A stretch of 64,000 bases of DNA from an uncultured Acidobacteriota bacterium (GTDB taxonomy: Bacteria > Acidobacteriota > Thermoanaerobaculia > Multivoradales > UBA5704), in NCBI GenBank assembly GCA_963752235.1, contig CAVVXL010000010.1:257844-321843 (forward strand). Reading direction: 5' to 3'. This document shows positions 44,206 to 57,861 of the stretch, piece by piece. Positions within the stretch are counted from its first letter, which is position 1. The number at the start of each line of letters is the position of its first letter. The notes beneath the pieces were generated by a model. The model did not search any database and was not told where the DNA came from. It worked only from the letters and a program-made list of their open reading frames with translations. The position numbers and the translations under genes are program-made.

Positions 44206-45204
44206 GTGACCCGACGCATCCTCGCCAACCTCCTCGCCGAGGAGGAGCTCGCCCGGACCCATCGCCGGGCCCCGCCGTCCCGCTCCGTCCTTGCGACCGC
44301 CTCTCGAATGGCCCTGCTCCTGCGCGTCTTCGCCCGCGAAGGGGACCATCTGTGGCTCCCGGGGACGGTCGACCCCGCGCTCCTCCCCGCGATCCCGGGC
44401 GGGCCTCAGCCGATCCTCGAATCGGGCCCTCTGCGCGGTCTTCCTCCAGCCGACGAAGTTCTCGCCTGGTGCGAGACTCCCACGGCGATGGCGCATCGAG
44501 GGGGGGCCCGCGCGGGACCCGGAAGATCTCCTGGGACGCGCCGCTGCACGATCTCCTCTGGCAGCTGCCGACCCCCTCCCCCGAGGTCGTCGCCAAGGTT
44601 CACCACCGCGGCTTTCATCTCCAGGTCGCGGCGGAGATCGGCTGCGCCTTACCGGGCGCTCGGAGGGTGGAGTCCCTCGCGGACCTCGACCGCGCGCTCC
44701 ACGGCGGTCCGCCAGAGCTGGGTCGTCAAGGCACCCTTCTCCGCGTCGGGGCGATCCCGCTACATCGAGCGGAACGGCCCGGGGCTGATCGATCCCAAAG
44801 CCCGCCGGACCGTCGAGCGGCTGTTCGCCTACCACGGCGCCCTGTACTTCGAACCGTGGATGGAGCGCACGGAGGATTTCGGCGTCTCCGCTCTCCTCGC
44901 GGATGGCGCAGATGCCGAGCTGCGGATCGTGGGGATTCACCGGCAAAGGGTGGACCGCAAGGGGCAGTTCGAGGGGATCGATCTCGACGCCGGGCTCTCG
45001 GCGCAGGATCGGGACCGTCTGCTGCAGACCGTCGAGGCGGTGGCCGCGGCCTTGCGCCGGGAGGGCTATGCCGGTCCCTTCGGGATCGACGCCTGGCGCT
45101 ATCGCCGGGCGGACGGCGCGCTCATCCTGAATCCCCTGGGAGAGATCAACGCCCGCATGACCTTCGGGCTGGTGGCGTGGACGGCGGCGGGACGGGCGGG
45201 CTGA
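44206..45204 (+). CDS. ATP-grasp-like ligase, two compensating apparent frameshifts (about 44500 and about 44705)
   Basis: N-terminal 100 aa and C-terminal 165 aa in frame 1 (…WVVKAPFSASGRSRY…GEINARMTFG…). The central part reads sensibly only in frame 3 (KISWDAPLHDLLWQLPTPSPEVVAKVHHRGFHLQVAAEIGCALPGARRVESLADLDRALHGG), whereas frame 1 there is Arg/Ser-rich nonsense. The first shift coincides with a run of 7 G at 44500..44506. Confidence 0.4.
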   Translation: MTRRILANLLAEEELARTHRRAPPSRSVLATASRMALLLRVFAREGDHLWLPGTVDPALLPAIPGGPQPILESGPLRGLPPADEVLAWCETPTAMAHRGGARAGPGRSPGTRRCTISSGSCRPPPPRSSPRFTTAAFISRSRRRSAAPYRALGGWSPSRTSTARSTAVRQSWVVKAPFSASGRSRYIERNGPGLIDPKARRTVERLFAYHGALYFEPWMERTEDFGVSALLADGADAELRIVGIHRQRVDRKGQFEGIDLDAGLSAQDRDRLLQTVEAVAAALRREGYAGPFGIDAWRYRRADGALILNPLGEINARMTFGLVAWTAAGRAG

Positions 45205-45207
45205 TTC

Positions 45208-47244
45208 CTACCCGACGAGCCCGAGGAGCTCCTGCCCGTATTTCTGCACGATCGTCGGTCCGATGCCGGGGACGTTAAGCAGCTCGGCCTCGTTGCGCGG
45301 ACGGCTGGCGGCGAGCGCGGTGACGGCGCGGTCGGTGAGGATGCGGAACGCCGGCACGCGGCGGCGCTGGGCCTCGGCGCGGCGCCAGACCTTGAGCGCC
45401 TCGACGACCTGCGGCGAGACGAGGTCGGGAGCGGTCGCCGGCGTCAGGCCCGCAGCGATCTTCTTCGCTGGATACGCCCGGGGCTCGCCCTTGTCGGGCC
45501 TGGCCGCGCGCTCGCGCTTCTTGCGCGTCTTCGGCATCTCCTCGGCGATCTCGACCCCCGACGCCGCGGCGGCAGGGTCGCAGCGGTACCCTTCCGGGGT
45601 GAGCTGGGCGCGCTGGAAGCGGATCGTCCGGCCGTCCTTCTCGAACTCGTCCTCGGTGATGCGCAGCAGGGCGGCGCGGCTCAGGCCCGCCAGCAGGCGC
45701 TCGAACGACTTGCGGTCGGAGAGCTCCTCGGGGACCACCTCGCGGTAGAGCTGCCCGGTCGACTGGCCGTCGCGGCCGCGCAGGGCGGTGAGCGTGCGGT
45801 CGACGAGCCCGCGCTCCAGGGCGTTGAGCGGCCGCATCCGGCGCACCCCGCAGTCGGCCGGCGCGCAGATGTCACAGATCCCGCAGGGCTCGCCCGAGTC
45901 CTCCTGGTCGCCGAAGTGGCGCACCAGGTGGAGCATGCGGCAGCCGTGCGCCTCGGCGTAGCGGCTGATCAGCTCGAGCTGCTCGAGCTTGTGGTCGCGC
46001 TGGGCGAGATAGGGCTTCTGCCAGCCGGCGGAGCCGGCCGCGACGTTGCCGTCCGGGTCCACCAGGGCGCCGCCGTGGATCCAGAGCTTCTCGAGCGCCT
46101 TCTCGAACAGCTCGTCGTCCATCTTCAGGCGCTTCCTGATCTGGCCGTCCACCTGCGGCTCGGCGCCGAGGGCGCGGTAGATGCGGTCGAGCTCCGTCAC
46201 CTCCGGGTAGTCCCGGCCGTGGAACCACTCGTGGTTGCGGCGGTCGGCGAAAGAGTAGAGGAGGATCGCCCGCGAGAGCTGGCCGTCGCGGCCGGCGCGG
46301 CCGATCTCCTGGTAGTACCCCTCGGTGCTGCCGGGAAGGCCGGTGTGGATCACGGTGCGCACGTTCGCCTTGTCCACCCCCATGCCGAAGGCGATGGTGG
46401 CCACGATCACCTCGAGGCGGCCGGAGAGGAACGCCGTCTGCACGCGGTCGCGGTCGCCGGTGGTCATCCCGGCGTGGTAAGCCGCGGCGGGGAAGCTCTC
46501 CTGGAGGGCCTCGCCCAGGAAGTCCGCCTCCTTGCGGGTGGGGGCGTAGACGATCGCCGGCCGGCGGGCCGGGTCGGCGAGGATCTTGCGCACGGCGTCG
46601 CGGCGCTCCGAGGGGCGCATCTCCACCACCTCGACGGCGATGTTGGTGCGCCGGAAGCCGTGGATGAAGCGCCCCTCCCCGGCGAGGCCGAGCTGGCCGG
46701 CGATGTCGTCCTGCACCCGCGGCGTGGCGGTGGCGGTCAAGGCGATCACCGGCGCCGGGCGGAGCAGCGGCAGGCGCTGGCCGAGCAATCGGTAGTCGGG
46801 GCGGAAGTCGTGCCCCCACTGCGAGATGCAGTGCGCCTCGTCGACCGCGATGAGCACCGGCTTGCGCCTGGCGAGCATCTCGGGAAAGCCGGGGACGGCC
46901 AGCCGCTCGGGGGCGATGAAGAGGTAGTCGAGCCGGCCGGCGAGGTAGTCGATGCAGACCTGCCGCGACGCCGAGCGGTCCCGCCCGGAATGGATGCGCT
47001 CGGCGCGCAGCCCCAGCTCGCGGAGCTTGCCGACCTGGTCCTCCATCAGCGCGATGAGCGGCGAGACGACCAGCGTCGTCCCTCCCCGCGCGAGCCCCGG
47101 GAGCTGATAGCAGAGCGACTTGCCGGCCCCCGTCGGCATCACCAGCAGGACGTCCTTCGCCTCCACCACCGCCCGGCAGACCGCCTCCTGATAGGGACGG
47201 AAGGAGGGGAGGCGGAAGGCGGTGTGGAGAAGGTGGTCGATGTC
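45208..47244 (-). CDS. recQ: ATP-dependent DNA helicase RecQ (helicase core, RQC, HRDC); start codon unresolved
   Basis: C-terminal 678 aa of track ORF 45208..49284: Motif 0 region [12 protein letters not shown], Walker [18 protein letters not shown] box [15 protein letters not shown], Zn-binding C..C...C..C, and a C-terminal HRDC domain ([30 protein letters not shown]). No in-frame start for more than 60 codons upstream. A candidate ATG at 47318 lies in the topB frame and requires a shift at the GGGGG run 47246..47250. Confidence 0.85.
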   Translation of the reverse strand, partial: DIDHLLHTAFRLPSFRPYQEAVCRAVVEAKDVLLVMPTGAGKSLCYQLPGLARGGTTLVVSPLIALMEDQVGKLRELGLRAERIHSGRDRSASRQVCIDYLAGRLDYLFIAPERLAVPGFPEMLARRKPVLIAVDEAHCISQWGHDFRPDYRLLGQRLPLLRPAPVIALTATATPRVQDDIAGQLGLAGEGRFIHGFRRTNIAVEVVEMRPSERRDAVRKILADPARRPAIVYAPTRKEADFLGEALQESFPAAAYHAGMTTGDRDRVQTAFLSGRLEVIVATIAFGMGVDKANVRTVIHTGLPGSTEGYYQEIGRAGRDGQLSRAILLYSFADRRNHEWFHGRDYPEVTELDRIYRALGAEPQVDGQIRKRLKMDDELFEKALEKLWIHGGALVDPDGNVAAGSAGWQKPYLAQRDHKLEQLELISRYAEAHGCRMLHLVRHFGDQEDSGEPCGICDICAPADCGVRRMRPLNALERGLVDRTLTALRGRDGQSTGQLYREVVPEELSDRKSFERLLAGLSRAALLRITEDEFEKDGRTIRFQRAQLTPEGYRCDPAAAASGVEIAEEMPKTRKKRERAARPDKGEPRAYPAKKIAAGLTPATAPDLVSPQVVEALKVWRRAEAQRRRVPAFRILTDRAVTALAASRPRNEAELLNVPGIGPTIVQKYGQELLGLVG

Positions 47245-49532
47245 TCCCCCGGCCGGTCGGGAAGCGGGCGGCGGGGCGGTGAACGGGAGAGTGGGAGCGA
47301 AGCCCGGACGCGCGCCATTCGGCCCCTTGGCGGCAGGCGCGGTAGTCGTGGCAGCCGCGCCATGCGAGCCATTCCCGCCTGGGAGGAGGCTGCGCTGCCC
47401 GTTGCCGTCCGGTCTCCCCTCCCTCGTCGGCCGGGGAAAGACGCCGGGGGCGCGAGGGGCGCCGGGGAACGGTTTTCGTCGGTGCTCCGCAGCGTCTGCG
47501 CGGCGGCGGCGGGCGTCAGGACCGGACCGCCTCCCACCACCTCGCGCACATACTCCTCGATCCCTTGCATGAAAGCGGCGAGGTCCCCCTCCCCGCGCTG
47601 GATGCGCTGGAGCTGGGCCTCCCAGCGGCCGGTCATCTCCGGGCTCTTGACCTGCGGGTGGACGATCTCGATCAGCCGGATCCCCTTGTCGGTCGCCTCC
47701 AGGGCCTTGCCGTCGCGGCCGCCGCGGACGATGTACTCGCGGCGCAGCAGGGTCTCGATGATCTCCGCGCGGGTCGCCGGCGTGCCGAGCCCCGAGTCCT
47801 TCATCGCCGCCGAGAGCTCGCGGTCGTCGAGCGTCTTGCCGGCGGTTTCCATGGCGGTCAGCAGGGTGGCCTCGGTCAGCCGCTTGGGGGGGCGGGTAGC
47901 CTTGGCCACGGCGCGGACGTCCTCGACCTCCTGCGGCTGCCCGGCGGCGAGCCCCGGCGGCAGGTCCTGGTTCTCCTCGACGGACAGGGGCTCGGCGGGC
48001 TCCGGCTCCTTCTCTCCTTCCCCCTCCTTCGCCTCCTTGGGAGCCGCCTTCTTCTTGCCACCCTTCTTCTCGATGTCGAGGATCTTCCACCCCACCTGGT
48101 CGATCAGGGTGCCGGTGCTGTGGTAGCGATCGAGCAGCGGCTCGCCGACGCCGGAAGGTGGCGGGGTGGAGACGGCGGTGATCACCGTCGTCACCGACCA
48201 GACGTGGTCGTCGTGCCAGGCCGAGAGGAGGCGCCGGCAGACCAGGTCGTAGATCTTCTTCTCGTCGTCGGCGAGCGCGGCGACGTCGAGGGACGTCGTG
48301 GTGGGGATGATCGCGTGGTGGTCGGTGACCTTGGAGTCGTCGACGAAGCGGCGGCTCAAGGGCCGCTCGCCGGTGCCGGGAGCGAGCTTCTCCGCGTAGG
48401 GGCGGCGGACGGCGCTCACGATCTCGCCCAGGGTGGCGGCGACGTCGGTCGAGAGATGGCGGCTGTCGGTGCGCGGGTAGCTGATCAGCTTCCTCTGCTC
48501 GTAGAGGGCTTGGGCGACCCCCAGCGTCTTCTTGGCGCTGAAGCCGTAGAGGCGGTTGGCGTGCCGCTGGAGCTCGGTCAGGTCGTAGAGCAGCGGCGGC
48601 GGCATCCGCTTGGTCTCGGCGCGGATCGACTCGACGGCGGCCTGCCCTGCGCGGGCGCGGCGGACGATCTCCATCGCCGCCGCCAGATCCTCGCCGTCCT
48701 TGCCGCCGGGCGGCGTCTTGATCCGCTTCGCCTCGGCGTTGGGAAACAGCCCGCGGAACCAGGTGCCCTTGTAGGAGGGCTTCGCGCCCTCGGAGCTCTC
48801 GGCGCTCTCGCTCGGCACCGCCCCCTGGGGCACGAAGGTGGCCACCACCTCCAGGTAGTCCTCGGGCACGAAGGCGCGGACCGCCAGCTCGCGCTCGACC
48901 ACCATGGCGAGCGTCGGGGTCTGCACCCGCCCGACGGAGAGCTGCTCCTCGTTGAAGTCCAGCGAGTAGGCCCGCGAGAGGTTCATGCCGACCAGCCAGT
49001 CGGCGCGGCTGCGTCCGCGGGCGGCGTCGGCCAGCGGATCGAGGTCGTGGCCGTCGCGCAGCCGGCTGAACCCTTGGCGGATGGCGTCGGCGGTGAGCGA
49101 GGAGATCCAGAGGCGCTGAAACGGCTTCCGGCAGCCGGCGGCCTCGTAGATGTAGCGGAAGATCAGCTCCCCCTCCCGGCCGGCGTCGGTGGCGCAGATC
49201 ACGCGCTCGACCTCCGGGGCGGTGATCACCCGGCGGACGGCCTCGAACTGTGCCTTGGTCTCCTCGGAGACGACCAGCGGCCACTCAATGGGGAGGATCG
49301 GCAGGTGGTCGCGCCGCCAGCGTTTCCACTCGGGGTTGATCTCGTGCGGTTGCGCCAGGGCGACCAGATGACCGATCGCCCAGGTGACCACGTAGCCGTT
49401 GCCATGGAGGAAACCGTCTCCCCGCTGATCCGCGCCGAGCACGCGGGCGATGTCCCGGGCGACGGCGGGCTTTTCGGCGAGGACGGCAATGGTGGTCGGG
49501 TGCATCTCCGGGGAAGGGCGCGGTGTCGACAA
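47139..49532 (-). CDS. topB: DNA topoisomerase III-like type IA topoisomerase; 3-prime end uncertain
   Basis: Toprim N-terminus [20 protein letters not shown]...[12 protein letters not shown], catalytic Tyr region ([12 protein letters not shown]). The core is about 665 aa, then an Arg-rich tail that overlaps the recQ frame by about 180 nt. Confidence 0.8.
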   Translation of the reverse strand: MSTPRPSPEMHPTTIAVLAEKPAVARDIARVLGADQRGDGFLHGNGYVVTWAIGHLVALAQPHEINPEWKRWRRDHLPILPIEWPLVVSEETKAQFEAVRRVITAPEVERVICATDAGREGELIFRYIYEAAGCRKPFQRLWISSLTADAIRQGFSRLRDGHDLDPLADAARGRSRADWLVGMNLSRAYSLDFNEEQLSVGRVQTPTLAMVVERELAVRAFVPEDYLEVVATFVPQGAVPSESAESSEGAKPSYKGTWFRGLFPNAEAKRIKTPPGGKDGEDLAAAMEIVRRARAGQAAVESIRAETKRMPPPLLYDLTELQRHANRLYGFSAKKTLGVAQALYEQRKLISYPRTDSRHLSTDVAATLGEIVSAVRRPYAEKLAPGTGERPLSRRFVDDSKVTDHHAIIPTTTSLDVAALADDEKKIYDLVCRRLLSAWHDDHVWSVTTVITAVSTPPPSGVGEPLLDRYHSTGTLIDQVGWKILDIEKKGGKKKAAPKEAKEGEGEKEPEPAEPLSVEENQDLPPGLAAGQPQEVEDVRAVAKATRPPKRLTEATLLTAMETAGKTLDDRELSAAMKDSGLGTPATRAEIIETLLRREYIVRGGRDGKALEATDKGIRLIEIVHPQVKSPEMTGRWEAQLQRIQRGEGDLAAFMQGIEEYVREVVGGGPVLTPAAAAQTLRSTDENRSPAPLAPPASFPGRRGRGDRTATGSAASSQAGMARMARLPRLPRLPPRGRMARVRASLPLSRSPPRRPLPDRPGETSTTFSTPPSASPPSVPIRRRSAGRWWRRRTSCW

Positions 49533-49672
49533 GCCGCCGCAATCTTACGTCAAATCGCCACCTGGCGTGGCCGGGAGAGGGAAGCCTTGAGGGAGGAACA
49601 TTCCCCGCCGCCGGCTCTCTAGGAGGGGACCCGTAAGCCGGCGGCGGGGGAAGGTACAGCTTCAGCGCCTTT

Positions 49673-49687
49673 GAACATCATTTGAAC
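49673..49687 (-). promoter_or_regulatory. GAAC-N7-GAAC direct repeat (GTTC-N7-GTTC on the coding strand), a candidate LexA/SOS box upstream of topB-recQ
   Basis: tttGAACatcatttGAACatca lies 140 nt upstream of the topB start, in the DinB_2-topB intergenic region. Confidence 0.3.
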
Positions 49688-49780
49688 ATCAGAGGACTTC
49701 AATTTAATTTTCAACGCTGTCTCAAGAGTGTGACCGCCGCCGCGAATCGGGACACTCCGAGATGCGATCCGGCGTGATTT

Positions 49781-50362
49781 TTATTTTTCGCCCGCGGACC
49801 CGGTGGCGGAACGCGCGAACATCGCCGCATTGAGCTCCCTCGTCCCGCCGCGCGGGACGGAGAGCGTCCGCCAGGTCGCGGAGGCGAAGTGCTTGGCGAG
49901 CAGGACGATCTGACCGGCGTGGTAGGCCTGATGGGTCAGCTGGCGGCCGATCGCCCGGACCACGCTGTGAGGCTCGGCGCGGATGTGGACGGTCCGCGTC
50001 AGGTCGTCACGGCTGAGCGCGCCGAGCGAGTCGAAGAGGAGCCCCCACCCCACTTCCCAGCGGGCCAGGAGGTCAGCCCGGGTCGTCCCCTCGCCGGCCA
50101 CGAACTCCGCATCGCGGTCGCGGTCGGGCTTCTCGCCGTCGGTGGTCAGGAAGTCCGTCCAACGGGAGATCAGGTTTCCAGCCATGTGCTGGATCAACAG
50201 GGCCAGGCTGTTCGTTTCCGGGTCGAGGACGACGAAGAGATCCTCGTCCCGCACCTGGGCCAGGGCGCGGTCGGCGAGGCTCTTGATCTTGCGGAACTGG
50301 TCCGCGACATCCTCCAGATAGAGGGCGGCGAGAGAGCGGTCCATGCTGTCCATGCTGTCCAT
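49781..50362 (-). CDS. DinB_2/DUF1572-like (DinB/YfiT superfamily) protein
   Basis: 193 aa from MDSMDSMD. The four-helix His-rich pattern (HMAGNL...H...HQAYHAGQIV) resembles the DinB_2 family. Confidence 0.55.
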   Translation of the reverse strand: MDSMDSMDRSLAALYLEDVADQFRKIKSLADRALAQVRDEDLFVVLDPETNSLALLIQHMAGNLISRWTDFLTTDGEKPDRDRDAEFVAGEGTTRADLLARWEVGWGLLFDSLGALSRDDLTRTVHIRAEPHSVVRAIGRQLTHQAYHAGQIVLLAKHFASATWRTLSVPRGGTRELNAAMFARSATGSAGEK

Positions 50363-50631
50363 GCTGAAAAAATACCACGGGCCGGAGCCGGTAAACGGAC
50401 CCACGGTCCGGCCGCACGGGGAGGGGACCCGCACGGCCGGACCGGAGGCCCAGGCTCAGTTCGGCATCAAGCCGGACGGAACCAGCCTATGCATAATAAA
50501 CTATATTTTAGATCTTGGATGTGACGTTTTCCACAGTGCTGAAGCTCCGGGAGAACCGGCAGCGGAGCGCGGCGCTCGGGCGTATAATCCAGATCCAATT
50601 TATTCTTTCGGTCGAAGAAGGAATCGCTCTG

Positions 50632-53118
50632 ATGCGTGCGCTTTTGCTGGAAAATGATGCGACGCGGCTGCGGACTCATTTCGAGACCGAGGAGGCCCTG
50701 CGCCTGACGCAGTTCCTGCTCGACCGCGCCGGCGAGGGAGCCTTCTGGATCGACCCGCGCGGCCGCATCTTCTACGTCAACGAGGCGGCCTGTACGCTCG
50801 CCGGCTACAGCCGCGACGAAATGCTGGGGATGGGGGTCGCGGACCTCTTCCCTCCGGAGCAGGACAAGCTGTTCCTCGAGCTGGCGCGCCAGGTGCGCGA
50901 GGGCGGCCCCGCCACCTTCGAGGTGGTGCACGTCCGCAAGGACGGCGGCCGGTTCCCCGCCGAGGTGACGCTCAACCACCTCTCCTACGAAAGGCGGGAG
51001 TACTACTGCGCCTACGCGCGGGACATCACCGAGCGCAAGCGCGCCGAGGCCGCGCTGCGCGATTCGGAGGAGCTCTACCACGGCCTGTTCGAAGGGGTGC
51101 CGGTGGGGCTCTACCGCACCACCCCGGCGGGACGGATGCTGAAGGCCAACTCGGCGCTGGTGCGCATCCTCGGCTATCCGGACCTCGCGGCTCTGCTCGA
51201 GACCAACGTCGGCGACATCTACCTCGATCCGGAGGACCGCCGCCGCTGGCAGCGCCGGATGGAGCGCGCGGGGTCGGTCGAGAGCTTCGAGGCGGCGGTG
51301 CGCCGCTTCGACGGCGCGATCATCTGGGTCCGCTTCACCGCCCGCGCGGTGCCCGGCGACGACGGCGTGGTCCTGCGCTACGAGGGGGTGCTCGAGGACG
51401 TCACCGACCGCCGGCGCGCCGAGGAAGGGCTGCGGGCGAGCGAGGAGCGCTTCCGCTCGCTGGTCCAGCACGCCTCGGACCTGATCTCGATCCTCACCGC
51501 GGAAGGGGTGGTGCGCTACGAGAGCCCGGCGCACCGGCGGGTGCTCGGGCTCGATCCGGACGAGCACGCGGGGCAGAGCCTGCTCGACCTCGTCCACCCG
51601 CAGGACCGGCAGGCGGTGGCGGAGGCGTTGCAGCGGCTGCTCGACCGCCCGGACGAGCTCACCACCTTCGAGCAGCGGCTCCTCCATCGCGACGGCTCCT
51701 GGCGGGTGCTCGAGTCGACCGCCTCGAACCTCCTCGGCCAGCCGGCGGTCGCCGGCATCGTGCTCAACTCCCACGACATCACCGACCGCAAGCGGTCCGA
51801 GGAGAAGCTCCTCCACGACGCCCTGCACGACGGGCTCACCCAGCTCCCCAACCGGGCGCTGTTCATGGACCGGCTGCGTCAGGCGATCGAGCGCTCGCGC
51901 CGCGAGCCGGAACAGATGACCGCCGTCCTCTTCCTCGACCTCGACCGCTTCAAGATCGTCAACGACAGCCTCGGCCATCCGATCGGCGACGAGCTGCTGG
52001 TGCAGATCGCCGGCCTGCTCGTCTCGGCGCTGCGCCCCTCGGACAGCATCGCCCGCGTCGGCGGCGACGAGTTCGCCCTCCTTCTCGAAGGGGGGAGGGA
52101 CGTCCGCGACGCCATCCGGGTGGCCGAGCGCATTCACGAGCGCCTGGCGGAGCCGGTCAACCTGGCCGGCCAGGAGGTCTTCGTCACCGCGAGCGTCGGC
52201 ATCGCCGTCTACACCCCCGAGTACGAACGCCCCGAGGACCTGCTGCGCGATGCCGATACGGCGATGTACCGCGCCAAGGCCTCGGGACGCGCCTCCCACG
52301 TCGTCTTCAACCGGGAGATGCACCGCTTCGTGATGGCGCGCCTGCAACTCGAGACCGATCTGCGCCGGGCCGTCGAGCGCGGCCAGATGCGGGTCTATTA
52401 CCAGCCGTTCGTGAATCTGGCGACCGGCGAGGTGGTCGGCTTCGAAGCCCTGCTGCGCTGGCACCATCCCCGCCGCGGCCTGCTCCCGCCCGAGGAGTTC
52501 CTCGCCGCGGCCGAGGAGACGGGGCTGATCGTGCCGATGGGGCGCTTCGTGCTGATGGAGGGGTGCCGGCAGATCGCCGAGCTCCAGCGCAAGCACCCCG
52601 AGCTCGACGCCCTCAAGCTGAGCGTCAACCTGTCGAACAAGCAGTTCTTCCAGGCCGAGCTGTTCGATCACATCGCCGAGGCGCTCGCGGCCTCGGGGCT
52701 CGCTCCCGCCTGCCTGGGGCTCGAGATCACCGAGGGGGTGATCATCCGCAACGCCGACTCGGCGGCCGGCCGCTTCTCGCGCCTGAAGAGCCTCGGGGTG
52801 CAGCTCTACCTCGACGACTTCGGCAAGGGCTACTCCTCGCTCAGCTACCTCCACCGCTTCCCGATGGACATCCTGAAGATCGACCGTTCGTTCGTCTCCA
52901 GGATCGAGGAGGCGGAGGGAAACCACGCCATCGTGCGGGCGATCGTGACGCTCGCCCACCAGCTCGGCATGGAGGTGGTGGCGGAAGGGATCCAGACCGC
53001 CGAGCAGCAGAGCAAGCTCCGCGACCTCGGCTGTGAGTACGGCCAGGGGTTCCTGCTCTCCGAGCCCGTCCCCGCCGATCTCGCCGAGGCCCTGCTGATG
53101 CGCCGGGCCCGGCGCTGA
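50632..53118 (+). CDS. signalling protein with three PAS/PAC domains, GGDEF and EAL domains
   Basis: Start at MRALLLEND (GAAGAAGGA upstream). GGDEF motif RVGGDEF, EAL motifs EALLRW...DDFGKGYSSLSYL...QGFL. An AT-rich promoter-like stretch lies upstream (50480..50520). Confidence 0.85.
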   Translation: MRALLLENDATRLRTHFETEEALRLTQFLLDRAGEGAFWIDPRGRIFYVNEAACTLAGYSRDEMLGMGVADLFPPEQDKLFLELARQVREGGPATFEVVHVRKDGGRFPAEVTLNHLSYERREYYCAYARDITERKRAEAALRDSEELYHGLFEGVPVGLYRTTPAGRMLKANSALVRILGYPDLAALLETNVGDIYLDPEDRRRWQRRMERAGSVESFEAAVRRFDGAIIWVRFTARAVPGDDGVVLRYEGVLEDVTDRRRAEEGLRASEERFRSLVQHASDLISILTAEGVVRYESPAHRRVLGLDPDEHAGQSLLDLVHPQDRQAVAEALQRLLDRPDELTTFEQRLLHRDGSWRVLESTASNLLGQPAVAGIVLNSHDITDRKRSEEKLLHDALHDGLTQLPNRALFMDRLRQAIERSRREPEQMTAVLFLDLDRFKIVNDSLGHPIGDELLVQIAGLLVSALRPSDSIARVGGDEFALLLEGGRDVRDAIRVAERIHERLAEPVNLAGQEVFVTASVGIAVYTPEYERPEDLLRDADTAMYRAKASGRASHVVFNREMHRFVMARLQLETDLRRAVERGQMRVYYQPFVNLATGEVVGFEALLRWHHPRRGLLPPEEFLAAAEETGLIVPMGRFVLMEGCRQIAELQRKHPELDALKLSVNLSNKQFFQAELFDHIAEALAASGLAPACLGLEITEGVIIRNADSAAGRFSRLKSLGVQLYLDDFGKGYSSLSYLHRFPMDILKIDRSFVSRIEEAEGNHAIVRAIVTLAHQLGMEVVAEGIQTAEQQSKLRDLGCEYGQGFLLSEPVPADLAEALLMRRARR

Positions 53119-53135
53119 AGAGCTTTCCTGGAGGT

Positions 53136-57522
<4,387 letters not shown>

Positions 57523-57591
57523 GGCGAAAGAAGAGCGGAAGATCCGCTCAGGATAACAGGAATTCAGCCGGGGGGATTCCCCTGTTGAAGC

Positions 57592-57807
57592 CTAGGAGAG
57601 CGGCTCGTTCTTGCTCTCTTCGGCGTCGACGGCGCGCAGCAGCTCGGCCGGGCTCTCCCGGACTTCCAGCGGCTCGCCGCTGCCGGCGAGGATCACCACG
57701 CTCCCCTCCTGCGGCTTGCCCGGCACGCGGGCGAGGATCGCCGCGATCTGGGAGGTGTTGAGGTTGGCGTTGCGGTCGTCGAGGGTCGTCGCGGAGATCC
57801 ATGCCAT
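57592..57807 (-). CDS. small hypothetical protein (71 aa) immediately upstream of lhr
   Basis: MAWISATTLDDRNANLNTSQIAAILARVPGKPQEGSVVILAGSGEPLEVRESPAELLRAVDAEESKNEPLS. GC3 about 96%. No obvious SD. It lies in what would otherwise be the deaD leader on the opposite strand. Confidence 0.4.
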   Translation of the reverse strand: MAWISATTLDDRNANLNTSQIAAILARVPGKPQEGSVVILAGSGEPLEVRESPAELLRAVDAEESKNEPLS

Positions 57808-57861
57808 GGCATGGAGGGTAGCACGCCGCCAAACAGGATAGAGTCGAGACCGGAGGACATC

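Noticed and set aside
49595-49645. 13-bp GC hairpin downstream of the DinB_2-like gene
   Set aside because: It could be a terminator, but it has a 21-nt loop and no U-tract, and it sits within the topB promoter region, so it is not called as a feature.
50342-50368. Perfect 9-bp tandem triplication (catgctgtc x3) at the DinB_2-like start
   Set aside because: It is in-frame and encodes MDSMDSMD. It is probably a trivial slippage duplication at the N-terminus, not a regulatory repeat array.
57548-57832. 94-aa minus ORF overlapping the 71-aa ORF in another frame
   Set aside because: Arg/Pro-rich with poor codon bias. The alternative frame (57592..57807) has GC3 of about 96% and is preferred.
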